Source: Rhina ancylostomus
Lineage: Eukaryota
Direction: 5' to 3'
Length of the DNA: 64,000 nucleotides
Assembly: GCA_030265395.1 (NCBI GenBank)
Contig: JARFYF010000060.1
Span: forward strand, 20,496,502-20,560,501
Each line of letters starts with the position of its first letter. The first letter of the stretch is position 1. The notes beneath the pieces are model-generated. The model was not told the DNA's origin and made no database searches. It worked only from the letters and a program-made list of their open reading frames with translations. Below are positions 39,101 to 51,388 of this stretch, piece after piece. The position numbers were made by a program, and so were the translations under genes.

Positions 39101-42011
39101 GGAGAATGCTTTGTTATTGCATGTTCTGCAGGGCTTATTTCACCAGCTATTACAAGCATGGCCACATTTGTGTATCTAACTACGCCAATTCAGTACAGAA
39201 AGGCCAAATCTTGATTGAAATATCAGTGTATACGTATGTGTTGACTTCAAAGAATCACACTGCTGTAAAAGTCATCCTGTTTTCTTTAGTGTCTATAGTT
39301 ATGGCTGTTGTCACAGCTATGCCATACCATAAATATGAGCTAATCACAGTTGAATAAAAGGAGTACAAAAATGGGAGATGATAGAGAGTAAATCCAGAGT
39401 ACTGCATCCAGTTAAATATTATTCAGATGAGGCGATGCACAGATCTTAGTGAATGATAATTTTAGGATGGATGTCCTTTTTTCTTCTTGCATCTTTCTTG
39501 GGGAGGGTAGTGATGGTATAAAGCAGGAGGTGGTCATGGAGGGAAGTGTGATGCCATGGAGGAATTTAAACACAAGGGTAAAAGGCTTAAAATCAATGAA
39601 GGACAACAAAGATTGAGACTGAAACCAATGGGATTTATGTGGAATAAGACACATACTGCAGAGTATTAGGTTAGCCTAGGACTTGATAATTCTCTCCACT
39701 TCTCCACCACACCATCTCCACCCAACTTCTGTCAGTGGCTGTGTGTTAAATGCATATTCCCTTGAAGTGCTTTGTTGCTATGTTAACAATGCTGTTTGAA
39801 ATGCAAGTTGTTGTAAATAAAGCAATATCTCCAGAGGACAGGTGTTAATTGGGTAGTGCTCCTAATTATGAACATTATAAATTTATTTCCACCCTTGTAC
39901 TTACATTAGGGTAATATCGCTGCATTTACTATAAATATTGTTTTATTAGCTGGGAAATGACAGCTTTTGCTAAACATTAGCTGGTCACTAATAAAAAGTG
40001 TCAGAAGTGAGCTCTGAGACTTTGAATTTGGATGTGCCTTTTAATCATTATAAGTCAACCAGGAGATGAAACAAAAAAACCTTTGTCGACAATCCAGTGG
40101 CTCACTTTAAAAGTATGGTCCTATCCCCCAAGTTCCCTATGATTTTCTGAGGTAGGGCAGTGTTTAGTGTTTGAGTTGATCTCAGTTACGTCAGTATTAT
40201 TGTAGAGGTTTGAACAAAATACGAGTGTCTTCATTTACAAAGTCAAGGCTGATCATTGTCAGGCTATTGCATTGGACTATCAGCAGTGCCGTCCATGCAG
40301 GGCACTGCCACTCTCATATTCTTCAGTGGGCAGTCATGTACTTGTGCTTGCTATTGATGTTCACACATCTTGTTGCTTTCTGAAGTAGTTTGCTCCACAA
40401 GATAGTTTTACTCTGGTATGTAGCTTGGTGGGCAATGATCAAAAGTCTTCACTAGTCTCCCCAGGGGCATACAGAAGGAGGCAACCATCCACTCCCCATT
40501 AAACATCTGAGAATGTGTAGCATTTACAGGTGCATGCTCTTAATGTTAAGAAGGCTCACGTATGCTCACACCAAGAAGCGGTCAAACTTAAATTGCTGTG
40601 CATACTCCCAGCTGTGTCACTCTCCGAGTTAAGCAACAGACGGTCCCTCTCACTTGTGGATCACTTACCTTGTTTGTGAAAGGATATCGACTAAATTTGG
40701 TGCCAAAAGTCTGTTGTAAGTGGAACAAAGAGGATGTTGCAGCTTTTCTGTAGAAAGCTGAAGGAAGATTTCCCCCTTTTAAAATAGAAAGCTGTTTTCT
40801 ATCTTTGCTCAAATTGAACAGAATTCAGTTGACAAGCTTCTAAGTAATTTGAAATACTGTCATGTGCAAAGTTTTGTATTGCAGCAGATGCCTCAACGTT
40901 AATGGTTTAGAGTAACCAGCAAATGTTGATGGGATGTTATATTTTGACACTTCCTTTAAATGGTTTCACTGGAGAAAATGACAGCAAGGACAAGGTGTTG
41001 AGAAGAAACTGAAATATTTTAATGGAACTAATCGTTGAGCTCCTTGTGGAGAAAACATCTCTTCCCACAATTGTAATTGATCGCATCCAAGCTGCCAAAT
41101 ATTATCCACCGGCATTGATTGGAGTTGCATAGATTGCTTTAGATATGTGTGCAATCTCATTTACCAGATANNNNNNNNNNNNNNNNNNNNNNNNNNNNNN
41201 NNNNNNNNNNNNNNNNNNNNNNNNNNNNNNNNNNNNNNNNNNNNNNNNNNNNNNNNNNNNNNNNNNNNNNAATCTCATTTACCAGATAGCTCAGCAGAGT
41301 GGGCAACAGAACAAATTTTTTTTTGGAAGGAACATATTCTGGTCCAGCAGTCAGCATCGCTGTATTTATATTCCCACATTCACAATTCATTACAGAAAAT
41401 GTTAACCCTTTATCACCATTTTCTTCTATTGTTTTAAGGCAATACTTACCAGCATCGACCTGCAGTTCTATGAAGATTGACAATTGGTACCTCATTTAAA
41501 TGGCAGGTTTTGTGAATCGAAATGGCTAGTGTCAGAAGGTTGCTGGGTAATGGCAAATCATTGTCAAGCTTGTTGTGGTCTTCACCTCTGATGAACAGAC
41601 TGCAGCTGAGAATATCAGCGACAGGGGTCCCTTAGGCAGCCATGAGGAGCATTTAATCATAGGTTTGTCTCCTCATCCAGACCCTTATTGACCGGTTGCA
41701 ATGCCCCTACTTATTGTTTTGATCAAATGTAGTGACTCTATCCTGGTGGCAGTTGAACTGGGGCATTTCTTCTTTGCCTAAGTTCCACAGCATTCAGTCC
41801 ATCTGACAGCTAAACCTTTAAGAGGTTTGGATGAATGCTGTGTTATCAATGCAAATGAGTCTGATTTAAAAAAAATTATAGGAGCTGGAGATGGCAGGTG
41901 AGAATCTGCCTTTTTGAATCATTTCTGTGCTGGGATCTGAAAGTAGTTCCCGGAAGAGAAGCTTAAGGCCTAGAAGGGGATGTGGCGATATTGAGAAAGG
42001 TACAAAAGAAG

Positions 42012-42320
42012 TGATAAGATGAAAATTTCTTTATTAGTCACATGTACAGTACATTGAAACACACAGTAAATGAATCTTTTGTGTAGTGTGTTTTGGGGGC
42101 AGCCTGCAAGTGTCGCCACACTTCCGGTGCCAACAAAGCACGTCCACAACTTCCTAACCTGTACATCTTTGGAAAGTGGGGGGAAACCGGAGCACCCAGA
42201 GGAAACTGACACAGACATGGGGAGAAAGTAGAAACTCCTTACAGACAGCGGCCAGAATTGAGCCTGGGTCGCTGGTGCTGTAAAAGCATTATGCTAACCA
42301 CCACACTACCATGCCTGCCC
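42012..42320 (-). mobile_element. Full-length tRNA-derived V-SINE
   Basis: Minus strand: gggcaggcatggTAGTGTGGTGG (A-box-like) ... GGCTCAATTC (B-box-like), V-domain ggtgctccggtttcc...ccaaaga, tail tgtacatgtgactaataaag. Confidence 0.8.
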
Positions 42321-44379
42321 AATGGTGAAAGCATTACCAGGAAAAACTAAGCAAGCAGGGACTCCATTTTTAAGGCAAGTGAAGGCTTAAAGGTTTTGAA
42401 GGTTCAATTGTGCAGACCTCAAAGGTACTTCACTCCTGGGAAGTCCAAAACTGGGAAGCACCAATACAAGATGGTTAATGTAATAAGGAATTCAGGAAGA
42501 ACTATTTTACCCAGGGAGTGGATTGAATGTGTAACTTGCTATATTACATGAGGCAGCTGAGGCCAATGAAGTGGTTGTACTTAAGGTGTGGGGAAAAATG
42601 TGCTGAGAGGTTGAGATATGGTATTGCTGAGAAGGATCGCAGAATGGTTGAGCCACATGACATACGATCAATAGGCTCTCGGGTGGGAATGCAATAATTG
42701 AGTGTCAGATGAATTTTAGACAGCTGTTGATAGGAAAAGAAGAATTTGTAAATGCTAGTGTACTTGTTTGAAGAGCTCCATTCCAAAATGGAACCTGCAG
42801 TGATTTAGCAGGGGGCAAGAGTCACAGGGAGTGACAAAGTTAATGAAACAAAATTTACTACTGCAGATGATAATGACTTGTATTTATTTAGCACCTTTTA
42901 GTGTGATGAAATCTCTCAAGCTGCGCAGAAGAGTGTCATCAAACACATTTGAAATCAAGCTGCATGAGGGATTTTTAGGACGGGTGACCAAGTTGTGGTT
43001 CAAGTTGCACCGTAATTCTTGTTTTATTGACTTTTCTCATGGATTACCACAGGTTCCATTTTGGAATTGGATTTTGAAACACAACCATGGTAACATTTCC
43101 AAATCCGGCCTTCTTCATTGACAGCTCTCTGCAAATCATTCAGTTCTTGATTACTGCATTCCTGTCTGGGGAGGAGTTAAACATTAGAATAATTATCGGT
43201 GCAGGTCCCTTAGGATCAGGCTCTGATCATTAAAATTATTTTAATTATGACATATTTCTTTTATAGTAAAGGTCAGTGCTGTCACACACTAATCTATTCG
43301 TTTCTGCTAATCAAAAGATTGTTATCATTAATGGATCCAATAAGTAGTTAAGTATACAATTTAATTCAGTTATGCAAGGGAATCAGTGCTTTAATATTAT
43401 TGAAGGCCAAGCAAACATTTTGGCATAAAATGAAACTTGGATTTTGAAATTGGTCTGTTAGAAATTCTGCAGTCGTAATTTCATGAGAAATGGTTTGCTT
43501 CATGGATCTTTTCCCCATTTAAGCAGACTGTTGGTATTGAAAGACACAAAGATAAAGATATGTCAGTATACATTTTCTCTTTCAATCAGCAACCCTTAAT
43601 ATTCTACATTTGAGATGAATCATTGCTAATTCTGTGCTCCAACCAGTAGCCTGAGGGGATCAGTCCCAGTGGTCCTCGTCCAATCACTGTCCCAACTATG
43701 ATTAACTAACCTAGTTTAAGGAGGGATTGAATCTGAGGACCTTGTATGCTTTGCCACTCTGTTCCACCTTGAACAAGGCAGCAACCAACAGAATTAGAGG
43801 GTAAACCAACTGTTATTATAACTTATATCTTCAAAATTGTGACCTTGTTGAAAAGCTGGATTATCAAACCTGAAAGCTACCAGGTGATGGTGTTATTGAC
43901 TAGTCTAGATGCTGGGCTGTAATGAATATCTTCTTGTAATGAGTTTCGTTCCATTATACATACAGTCATCAATAATGTTAGCCCTTTAACGAGATAACTA
44001 AATACTGTTGTCCTCTTTCTCTAAAGCTGGTCCATCGACCTCAAGACAGACTGTGCCCTGCAGGTGCAAGATTGTTATCTTTGCAAATGCTGAAAGCTGG
44101 CTTTGTGTCTTGAATGCAATCCTNNNNNNNNNNNNNNNNNNNNNNNNNNNNNNNNNNNNNNNNNNNNNNNNNNNNNNNNNNNNNNNNNNNNNNNNNNNNN
44201 NNNNNNNNNNNNNNNNNNNNNNNGTTCTAAGATGGCTCAGGTGGTTCTTTTGAATACTGTTCAAGTTTGCCATTTTTAATATTTTTCCCACAAACTCCTT
44301 TGAATCAATACACAGTACAAACATTGTAAAACCATAAGATCAAAGCAGAGGAATGGAACGTGATGATTTGTTTTTAAAA

Positions 44380-44640
44380 CAGTAGAGCAGAGGAACAGAC
44401 TCTTTGGCCCATGATGTCTGCGCCGAACATGATGCCAAATTAAACTGAATCTCTTCTGTCTGCACGTGATCCATATCCCTCCATTCCCTGCATATTCATG
44501 TGTCTATGTAAAAGCCTTTTAAACACCACTGTCATATCTGCTTCTAACATTGCCCCCAGCAGCCCATTCCAGGCACCTACCACCCTGTATTTAAAAAAAC
44601 AAACTTGCCCCCCACATCTTTAAACTTTCCCCCTCTCAAC
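44380..44640 (-). mobile_element. CR1 LINE 3' end
   Basis: ggcccatgatgtctg...catatccctccattccctgcatattcatgtg...ccaggcacctaccacc; reverse of the 15655-type tail. Confidence 0.75.
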
Positions 44641-44816
44641 TACCAGAGGGCATTTAAGTTGACGTCTCTGAATTTTTAAAAGTACTACTTTTCCACGGAA
44701 ACTTGACTATGGTCATGATTGCAACCAATGATAAAACTGTGATTTGACACACTGATGCTTCCTTAAAGAAACAAATGCTTCAACTTTCAAATAACAGGAA
44801 AAAGGAAGGGGGGTGA

Positions 44817-44831
44817 GTGTGTGTGTGTGTG
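44817..44831. repeat. (GT)n microsatellite
   Basis: gtgtgtgtgtgtgtg run. Confidence 0.8.
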
Positions 44832-45159
44832 AAAGATTAAATTTGTAGAAAAATATAAAATCAAAGGTAAAAGGGGAAGATGTGCGAAATTGATAGAATG
44901 AGGCACGACAGCCTGCTTGGGTAAAATATTTACATGTTGATTTTATGGCCTATTGTGTTTTATCAATTCAATTTTTCTTGAGCATCAGCATTTATGACAT
45001 TAGCTTGTGTTTATGGATATGTTAAAACAAACAAAATTTAAAATGAGATAAGCCTAGTGAAGCACGACACCACTAGTTTTTCCCTGAGAGTATAGCCTTG
45101 AAATAGGGGTCATCTTCATCTCAGGGTTTTTGGATCTTGGATACTTTGGATCTTTGGAT

Positions 45160-45802
45160 ACTTGGAGTATAGTGCTCAGTTCTGGTCACCTCACTACAGG
45201 AAAGATGTGAAAGCCATAGAGAGGGTGCAGAGGAGTTTTACGAGGATGCTGCCTGGAATTCGGAGCATGCCTTATGAAAGCAGGTTGAGGGAACTTGGCC
45301 TTTTCTCCTTGGAGAGACGGAAGATGAGGGGGGACCTGATAGAGATGTATAAGATGATGAGAGGTATTGATCGGGTAGATAGTCAAAGGCTTTTCCCCAG
45401 GGCTNNNNNNNNNNNNNNNNNNNNNNNNNNNNNNNNNNNNNNNNNNNNNNNNNNNNNNNNNNNNNNNNNNNNNNNNNNNNNNNNNNNNNNNNNNNNNNNN
45501 NNNNTCCCCAGGGCTGAAATGGTGGCCATGAGAGGGCATAGGTTTAAGGTGCTGGGGAGTAGATATAGAGGAGATGTCAGGAGTAAGTTTTTTACGCAGA
45601 GAGTAGTGAGTGCGTGGAATGGGTTGCCGGAAACGGTGGTGGAGGCGGATACGATAGGATCTTTCAAGAGACTGTTAGGTACATGGAGCTGAGTAAAATA
45701 GAGGGCTATGGGTAGGTCTGGTAATTTCTAGGTTAGGGACCTGTTCGGCACAGCTTTGTGGGCCTTAGGGCCTGAATTGTGCTGTAGTTTTTCTATGTTC
45801 TA
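45160..45802 (+). mobile_element. CR1-clade LINE, 5'-truncated, relatively young
   Basis: LEYSAQFWSPHYRKDVKAIERVQRSFTRMLPG...RGHRFKVLGSRYRGDVRSKFFTQRVVSAWNGLP; terminal tttctatgttcta tail. Confidence 0.9.
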
Positions 45803-46271
45803 GGATAAGCAGTCATCTTCTAGGAATGATCGAGAGCAATTTCTTCATGAGATTGTGACTCTTTGGTACCCTCGACATGAATCTGTTCCCTTGCACACAC
45901 TTCTCAGTAACTTGCAATCATGGAGGATAACAATGGGCTTTTTTTTTCTCTCTCTTGCTCCTGCTTCCTCTTTCCAGGGCAGCAGGACAAAATTATTGTG
46001 TTGTCATATGAGCAGAGTTCATTGTCACAAACCAATTGTAGTACTGTTGATTGAAGGGATCTGTGTGTTCACCTGAAACAGCAGATAGGCTTTGGTTTAA
46101 TGTTCTGGAAGTTAGCACCTCCCAACAGTGCAACATATCTTTAAAGATGCTTTGGAGTGCTACTGTCTGTATATGTTCTGATCCAGTGACTTACTGTGGA
46201 TCATCAGCTGATAAGCTTATGATCATTGTGTGCTCACTATTTTATTCCTTCAATAGACTTTGTTATAGACT

Positions 46272-46490
46272 GAAAAAATGGTCAAGGAACTCAGTGGGTT
46301 AGGCAGCATCTGTGGAGGCAGAGGAGTGGTCAATATTTCAGGTCAAGGCCCTGCATCAGGACTGGATGAGTGCACGGTCTCAACCCAAAGCGTTGATCAT
46401 CCCTCAGCCTCCACAGATGCTGCTGGACCTGCTGAGTTCTTTCAGTAGTTTGTTTCATGCACCAGATGCCAGCATCTGTAGTCTCTTGTT
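46272..46490. mobile_element. Penelope-derived fold-back repeat
   Basis: ggaactcagtgggttaggcagcatctgtggaggc ... gcctccacagatgctgctggacctgctgagttc inverted arms; core variant CTGATGC on the minus strand. Confidence 0.65.
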
Positions 46491-49400
46491 ATAGACTATC
46501 CTCCTCTAGGTCTTCATCATTGTATCTGCCCCTGGATCCAATGGAGTTCCATGTTTAGTCTCTCTAGTTTTCAGTTGAGTCAGCAAAGAACAAAATTAGT
46601 GTCTTTTGAATGATGGGATGGGAACTGCAGTGGTCTCTACAACATGTTAACAGTGGTAAATAACTGGTAGCCTTTCTGAGTCGCTTTGAAATTGTCCCTC
46701 GTTTTCTTTAAGAGACAACTGTTGGGGCAATTATGGACCAGATAGTCAAATGGNNNNNNNNNNNNNNNNNNNNNNNNNNNNNNNNNNNNNNNNNNNNNNN
46801 NNNNNNNNNNNNNNNNNNNNNNNNNNNNNNNNNNNNNNNNNNNNNNNNNNNNNNNNNNNNNNNNNNNNNNNNNNNNNNNNNNNNNNNNNNNNNNNNNNNN
46901 NNNNNNNNNNNNNNNNNNNNNNNNNNNNNNNNNNNNNNNNNNNNNNNNNNNNNNNNNNNNNNNNNNNNNNNNNNNNNNNNNNNNNNNNNNNNNNNNNNNN
47001 NNNNNNNNNNNNNNNNTGGTGACACAGAGTTAAAGTTTCGCATAAAGAATAGCAAGGGGTACTTGCAAGCTATGAGCATGATGGAAACAGAATCTGTCAG
47101 GGCTTTCGGAATGAAATTGGATATGCGCTCTACAGAAAATTAATTTGCAAAGCTATAGGAAAACAATGGGATTGTTCTCCTAGGAGTCTGTCTCTGTGGG
47201 TTACCTGCCATAACTGTGATTCCAGGACACCAGAATTATGGACCATTAATATGAGAATGTTGCTAATAAATCCAGTAAGGAATTCAGATAAAAACTACTT
47301 TGCCTACAGTTAGGAATGTGGTATTTGCCACCACAGGACAGTAGTTGAGATGAATGGTATGGATGTTTTAGGTATAAACTAGAAAAACACAACAGAAAGG
47401 CAAAGGTGGCTCTGCTGATAGGGTTAGTTGAAGAGGATGAGCAGACACACATTTGCAGTAACTGCCTTGGCCAAGTAGGTTTCATCTACTGTGAGGTTCC
47501 TTACAACATTATTGGCAACAAAGTTTCAGTGCTGAAAGAGTTAAAGGCTTGATTTCATTATGTAAAATATCTCCTTCAATTAGAATTTAAAAAAAATCTC
47601 TTTTAAAAAAAAACAATTTTCTTGTGCATAATAACTTGTGCCACAATAATTAATTTAGCAGTGGATTCTTGAAAATCATTGTCTGTGGGCCTTGTTGGTA
47701 TTCCATCAACTTTTGCCTAATGCTTTGCCTAATGCTTTTCTAAAGCACCTTTTAATTTAATTATTGAAAAGATAAACACCCAGTGTGCCTAATGAATACA
47801 AACTTTTTGCTAAGTTGCAGAAAGCCTTCCTTGCAACTTCTCTGCGAAGGACACAAGCTGGTCCAAAGCTTCCGCCCGAACAAAAGCCTTATCAAATTTT
47901 GTTGCTGGGTTACCTGCTTCCCAAGCCCACCAATTTGATCTTTGTGGTTCAATAACAGGGGAAGCTTGTAACTCATTACCCCTGTTTCTCTGTGAAAGCC
48001 CCTGTTACTTAACCAACCATTTGTTAATGGTTACCATAGAATTGTCAACATTGGCAAATTGTCTGCAGAAGATTTTCAGTGATAAACTAGCACTAGGTGT
48101 GTTCTATCACCTGGCTCAGAACGGGAGGCTAGTGGCATTATTGGATTTTTTTTTGGAGTGCAGGGTATGCAAATTTTCTGTTACTTTTTGTTCTGACACC
48201 ATATACACATTCTTTTCCCAGGCCTTTAGTTTTGGTGCTGATCTATTTGAATGCATGCAGATCTTGATGATCCTATTCTTTCTTGATCTTCTATTCTCTC
48301 TTGTGTACATGTATACCCTGTTTCTCAAAGCTTTTCTCCCTCTCTCCTCACTTTTGCTTTCTCGTGTTTTTGCTCTTGCGTTCGTCCTCTTGCTCATGCA
48401 TTGAATTCACCTCCTTCCTCCTCACCCTCCCATCCCTCTTTGCCTCTCCCCCTCCTTTTCCTTTTCAAAGCGCAGCAGATTCCAGGATGTTGGGTAACTG
48501 CTAAGGCCGTATGCATGTGGAATTCAGATTGTGACCTGTGGTAAGGGAAAATGTTGCTGTGATTTCCTCCCTGCTGGAGTTGGTTGGAGGTTGATCTGCC
48601 ATGGGATAGTGGAGAAGGGAAAGTCCAACCCACCTTTTGTAGTTGTTGAATGACATCAAGGACAAAACCCTAAGTGAGCCCCTGCCCTTTCTCATTGTTG
48701 AAGAAAGTGGATGGGGTGGGACCAATAATATTCTAATACCTTCACGATCTTACTGGGAAGTGAACAAGTTCAAAGGGCTGAATGGCCTACCTTGCTCCTT
48801 GTGCTTCATTCACCTCCTAACTTTTTCTGCTCTGAGAACAATCCCAACAATGCCAGAAAGCATCCGATATCCATTGAAATGGACCCAGCACAAATTTGCA
48901 CAACAGGAACATGTGAAAGAATAAACGGCATAGACAGAGGTGGGAGAGTGTTCCCCTTTCCCTCCTCCTACACCTCGCCCCAGCCTTCCCCGTAATCAGC
49001 TAAATTGTGTAAAAACCCTTTAGCTTCCTGTGTCAAGAGCCTTTAACACACTTGCAAGACCCTGATCCTATTAAACCATGATGCCGAATGTACCCCTCAA
49101 TCTGACCCTATCACTTTGCACAGTGAAGCCCTTTATTTAACACTGGCGAGTTCACCTGATTAAGCTCCTGAAAGTCGAGAGCTATCATTATTTTCAGCCT
49201 TAAAATGGGGGAGGAAGCAAATGGGATGGATTTGTCGAATTAACATTGGGAAATGTTTGCACATTTTTTGGTGTAATTGACTGCCACTGCTTGGAATATA
49301 TAGCTGATAATAAATGATGGGAATGTTTGCTTATGCCCTGTTATATCTTCATTCTTCCACAAGTGAGCCCAACTATTTTTACAGTGCTGCTTATCTGCTT

Positions 49401-50254
49401 GCTTTGTTCATGCACTTAACGTATTTTATTTTTGTGTGTGTTTTGACATTTTACAAGCTTCAAGGAATGGAGGAGTCAGCCAGTTGAACATTTTATTGCA
49501 AGATTAGGGACTAATAAAATGGGAAGGGGATGGTTATCAATGTGCAAACAGGTAATATTCAATGATTCACTGCCCTCGGAGGCAGTTCCTGATATCAGTG
49601 AGGGGTCAATATTTCTCCATGGATACTGATGACAAGCCTGCTGTCAGGTTACTGACTTATTGTGGGTTCTACTCCACCAGTTACCAGGGCAAGGGAATCC
49701 TATCTAGGATGAATTGGTCTCTACTCCAAGGTTTTTGAATGACTGGATGTTTGTTCCCAGAATCCCTATTCATCTTCAATCTTTTTTATTTCTTTTCGCC
49801 TTTGGGACTATTTCTGGTCAGATCAGCACGTGTTTCCTCTGAGTGACTCGTCTTGAGTAGGGGACGATGAGCTGCCCTCTTGAACCTCTGTAGTCCGTGT
49901 CATCACCCTACACTAGCTATTAGATAGGGAGCTGAGGGATTTTGATCCAGCAACTATGAAGGAACATGGATGTATCTTAGAGTAGGAGATCTTGCAGTTG
50001 GCAGTGTTCGTGTTTACCTGCTAACCTTGTTCTTCTGGGTGGAGAGGTAGTACCTTTTGAGGTGTTTTATGAAAGATCACTGGGCAGGATTCAACAGTGC
50101 ACCTTCTCGTGGGGTGTGTGTTTCAAGAGAATACTGGGGGAATAACATAAAAGTAAATGAAGTTTACCTGAGCTAAATCCTATAACCCAACATGCTTTAT
50201 AATGTTAATGTTAGGAACATGAAAAGTTGGAACAGGAGATGGTTACTTAGTCCA

Positions 50255-50402
50255 AAACTTTGTTTTGCATGCCATCCCTATGGATCATTTCATTACAACG
50301 GTGCATCAAGGTGGTACAAGGGAAAAAATAACAGAATAGCCTCCTGAGGAAGTAGAGGCGCTGGTGAGCTTTCTTGGCCGTGGCGTCTACGTGGTTGGAC
50401 CA
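50255..50402 (-). mobile_element. Internally deleted Rex/Babar LINE fragment abutting the gap before the ZNF
   Basis: 3'-tail sequence (gcatgccatcc...aataacagaata) joined directly to coding segment ctcctgaggaagtagaggcgctggtgagctttcttggcc. Confidence 0.75.
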
Positions 50403-50503
50403 NNNNNNNNNNNNNNNNNNNNNNNNNNNNNNNNNNNNNNNNNNNNNNNNNNNNNNNNNNNNNNNNNNNNNNNNNNNNNNNNNNNNNNNNNNNNNNNNNN
50501 NNG

Positions 50504-51337
50504 GGGCAGCCGCGTCCGGCCGGCCTCCCCCTGCCTGCCCGGCGCCGGGGGCAGCCCTACCCGTGCGGCGAGTGCGGCAAGAGCTTCAGCTACCCGTCCA
50601 AGCTGGAGATCCACCGGCGCACCCACACCGGCGAGCGGCCCTTCGTCTGCGCCGCCTGCGGCAAGGGCTTCACCGAGTCGTCCAGCCTGCTGACCCACCA
50701 GCGGGTCCACACCGGCGAGTGGCTCTTCCTCTGCCCCGCCTGCGGCAAGGGCTTCACCAAGCCCTCGCACCTGCTCACCCACCAGCGGGTGCACACCGGC
50801 GAGCGGCCCTTCGTCTGCCCGCTCTGCGGCAAGGGCTTCACCCAGTCCTCCAACCTGCTCACCCACCAGCGGGTCCACACGGAGGAGCGGCCCTTCTCCT
50901 GCCCGCTCTGCGGCAAGCGCTTCAAGAGCGCCGAGGAGCTGAAGAAGCACCGGCAGGTCCACACTGACGAGCGCCCGTTCCGCTGCTCGGTCTGCGGCAA
51001 GGGCTTCCGCATGTCCTCGCACCTGCTCACCCACCAGCTCATCCACACCGGCGAGCGGCCCTTCACCTGCCCGCTCTGCGGCAAGGGCTTCACCCAGTCC
51101 TCCAACCTGCTTTCCCACCGGCGCATCCACACCGGCGAGCGGCCCTTCGCCTGCGCCCGCTGCGGCAAGAGCTTCCGCATGTCCGCCCACCTCCTGGCCC
51201 ACCAGCGGGTGCACACTGGCGAGCGGCCCTTCGCCTGCGCCCGCTGCGGCAAGGGCTTCACCCGCTCCTCCTACCTGCTGCGGCACCAGCGGGTGCACCT
51301 GCTCGACCCGGCGGCGATGGGACACAGGCAGGACTGA
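50504..51337 (+). CDS. Tandem C2H2 zinc-finger protein (9 Kruppel-type fingers), 5' end lost in assembly gap
   Basis: Frame is open from the gap edge ([47 protein letters not shown]...) to TGA at 51335-51337. Nine CX2CX3FX5LX2HX3H fingers, mostly TGERPF linkers, no frameshift or stop, almost all third positions G/C. Fingers do not match PLZF fingers 4-9. Confidence 0.88.
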   Translation, partial: GQPRPAGLPLPARRRGQPYPCGECGKSFSYPSKLEIHRRTHTGERPFVCAACGKGFTESSSLLTHQRVHTGEWLFLCPACGKGFTKPSHLLTHQRVHTGERPFVCPLCGKGFTQSSNLLTHQRVHTEERPFSCPLCGKRFKSAEELKKHRQVHTDERPFRCSVCGKGFRMSSHLLTHQLIHTGERPFTCPLCGKGFTQSSNLLSHRRIHTGERPFACARCGKSFRMSAHLLAHQRVHTGERPFACARCGKGFTRSSYLLRHQRVHLLDPAAMGHRQD

Positions 51338-51382
51338 GGCGGGCGGGGTGGGGGGTGCGCGGGAGGGCTGGGTCTCGGCTCG

Positions 51383-51388
51383 AATAAA
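51383..51388 (+). promoter_or_regulatory. Candidate polyadenylation signal of the ZNF ORF
   Basis: AATAAA 45 nt after the stop codon in an otherwise very GC-rich tract, followed by GU/U-rich ttttgtgtt. Confidence 0.6.

Noticed and set aside
42240-42320. tRNA-like A/B boxes
   Set aside because: They are the head of a SINE; no complete cloverleaf was found.
50387-51325. Long antisense ORFs (312 aa, 223 aa) and an alternate-frame 197-aa ORF over the ZNF
   Set aside because: Shadow frames produced by extreme GC3 and the 84-nt finger periodicity; the peptides are repetitive mirrors of the ZNF.
50504-51337. ZNF array as the 3' exons of ZBTB16
   Set aside because: PLZF fingers 4-9 (DMAVFCLLC..., YICSEC...) have different sequences and are split over several exons; the shared count of nine fingers is coincidental.
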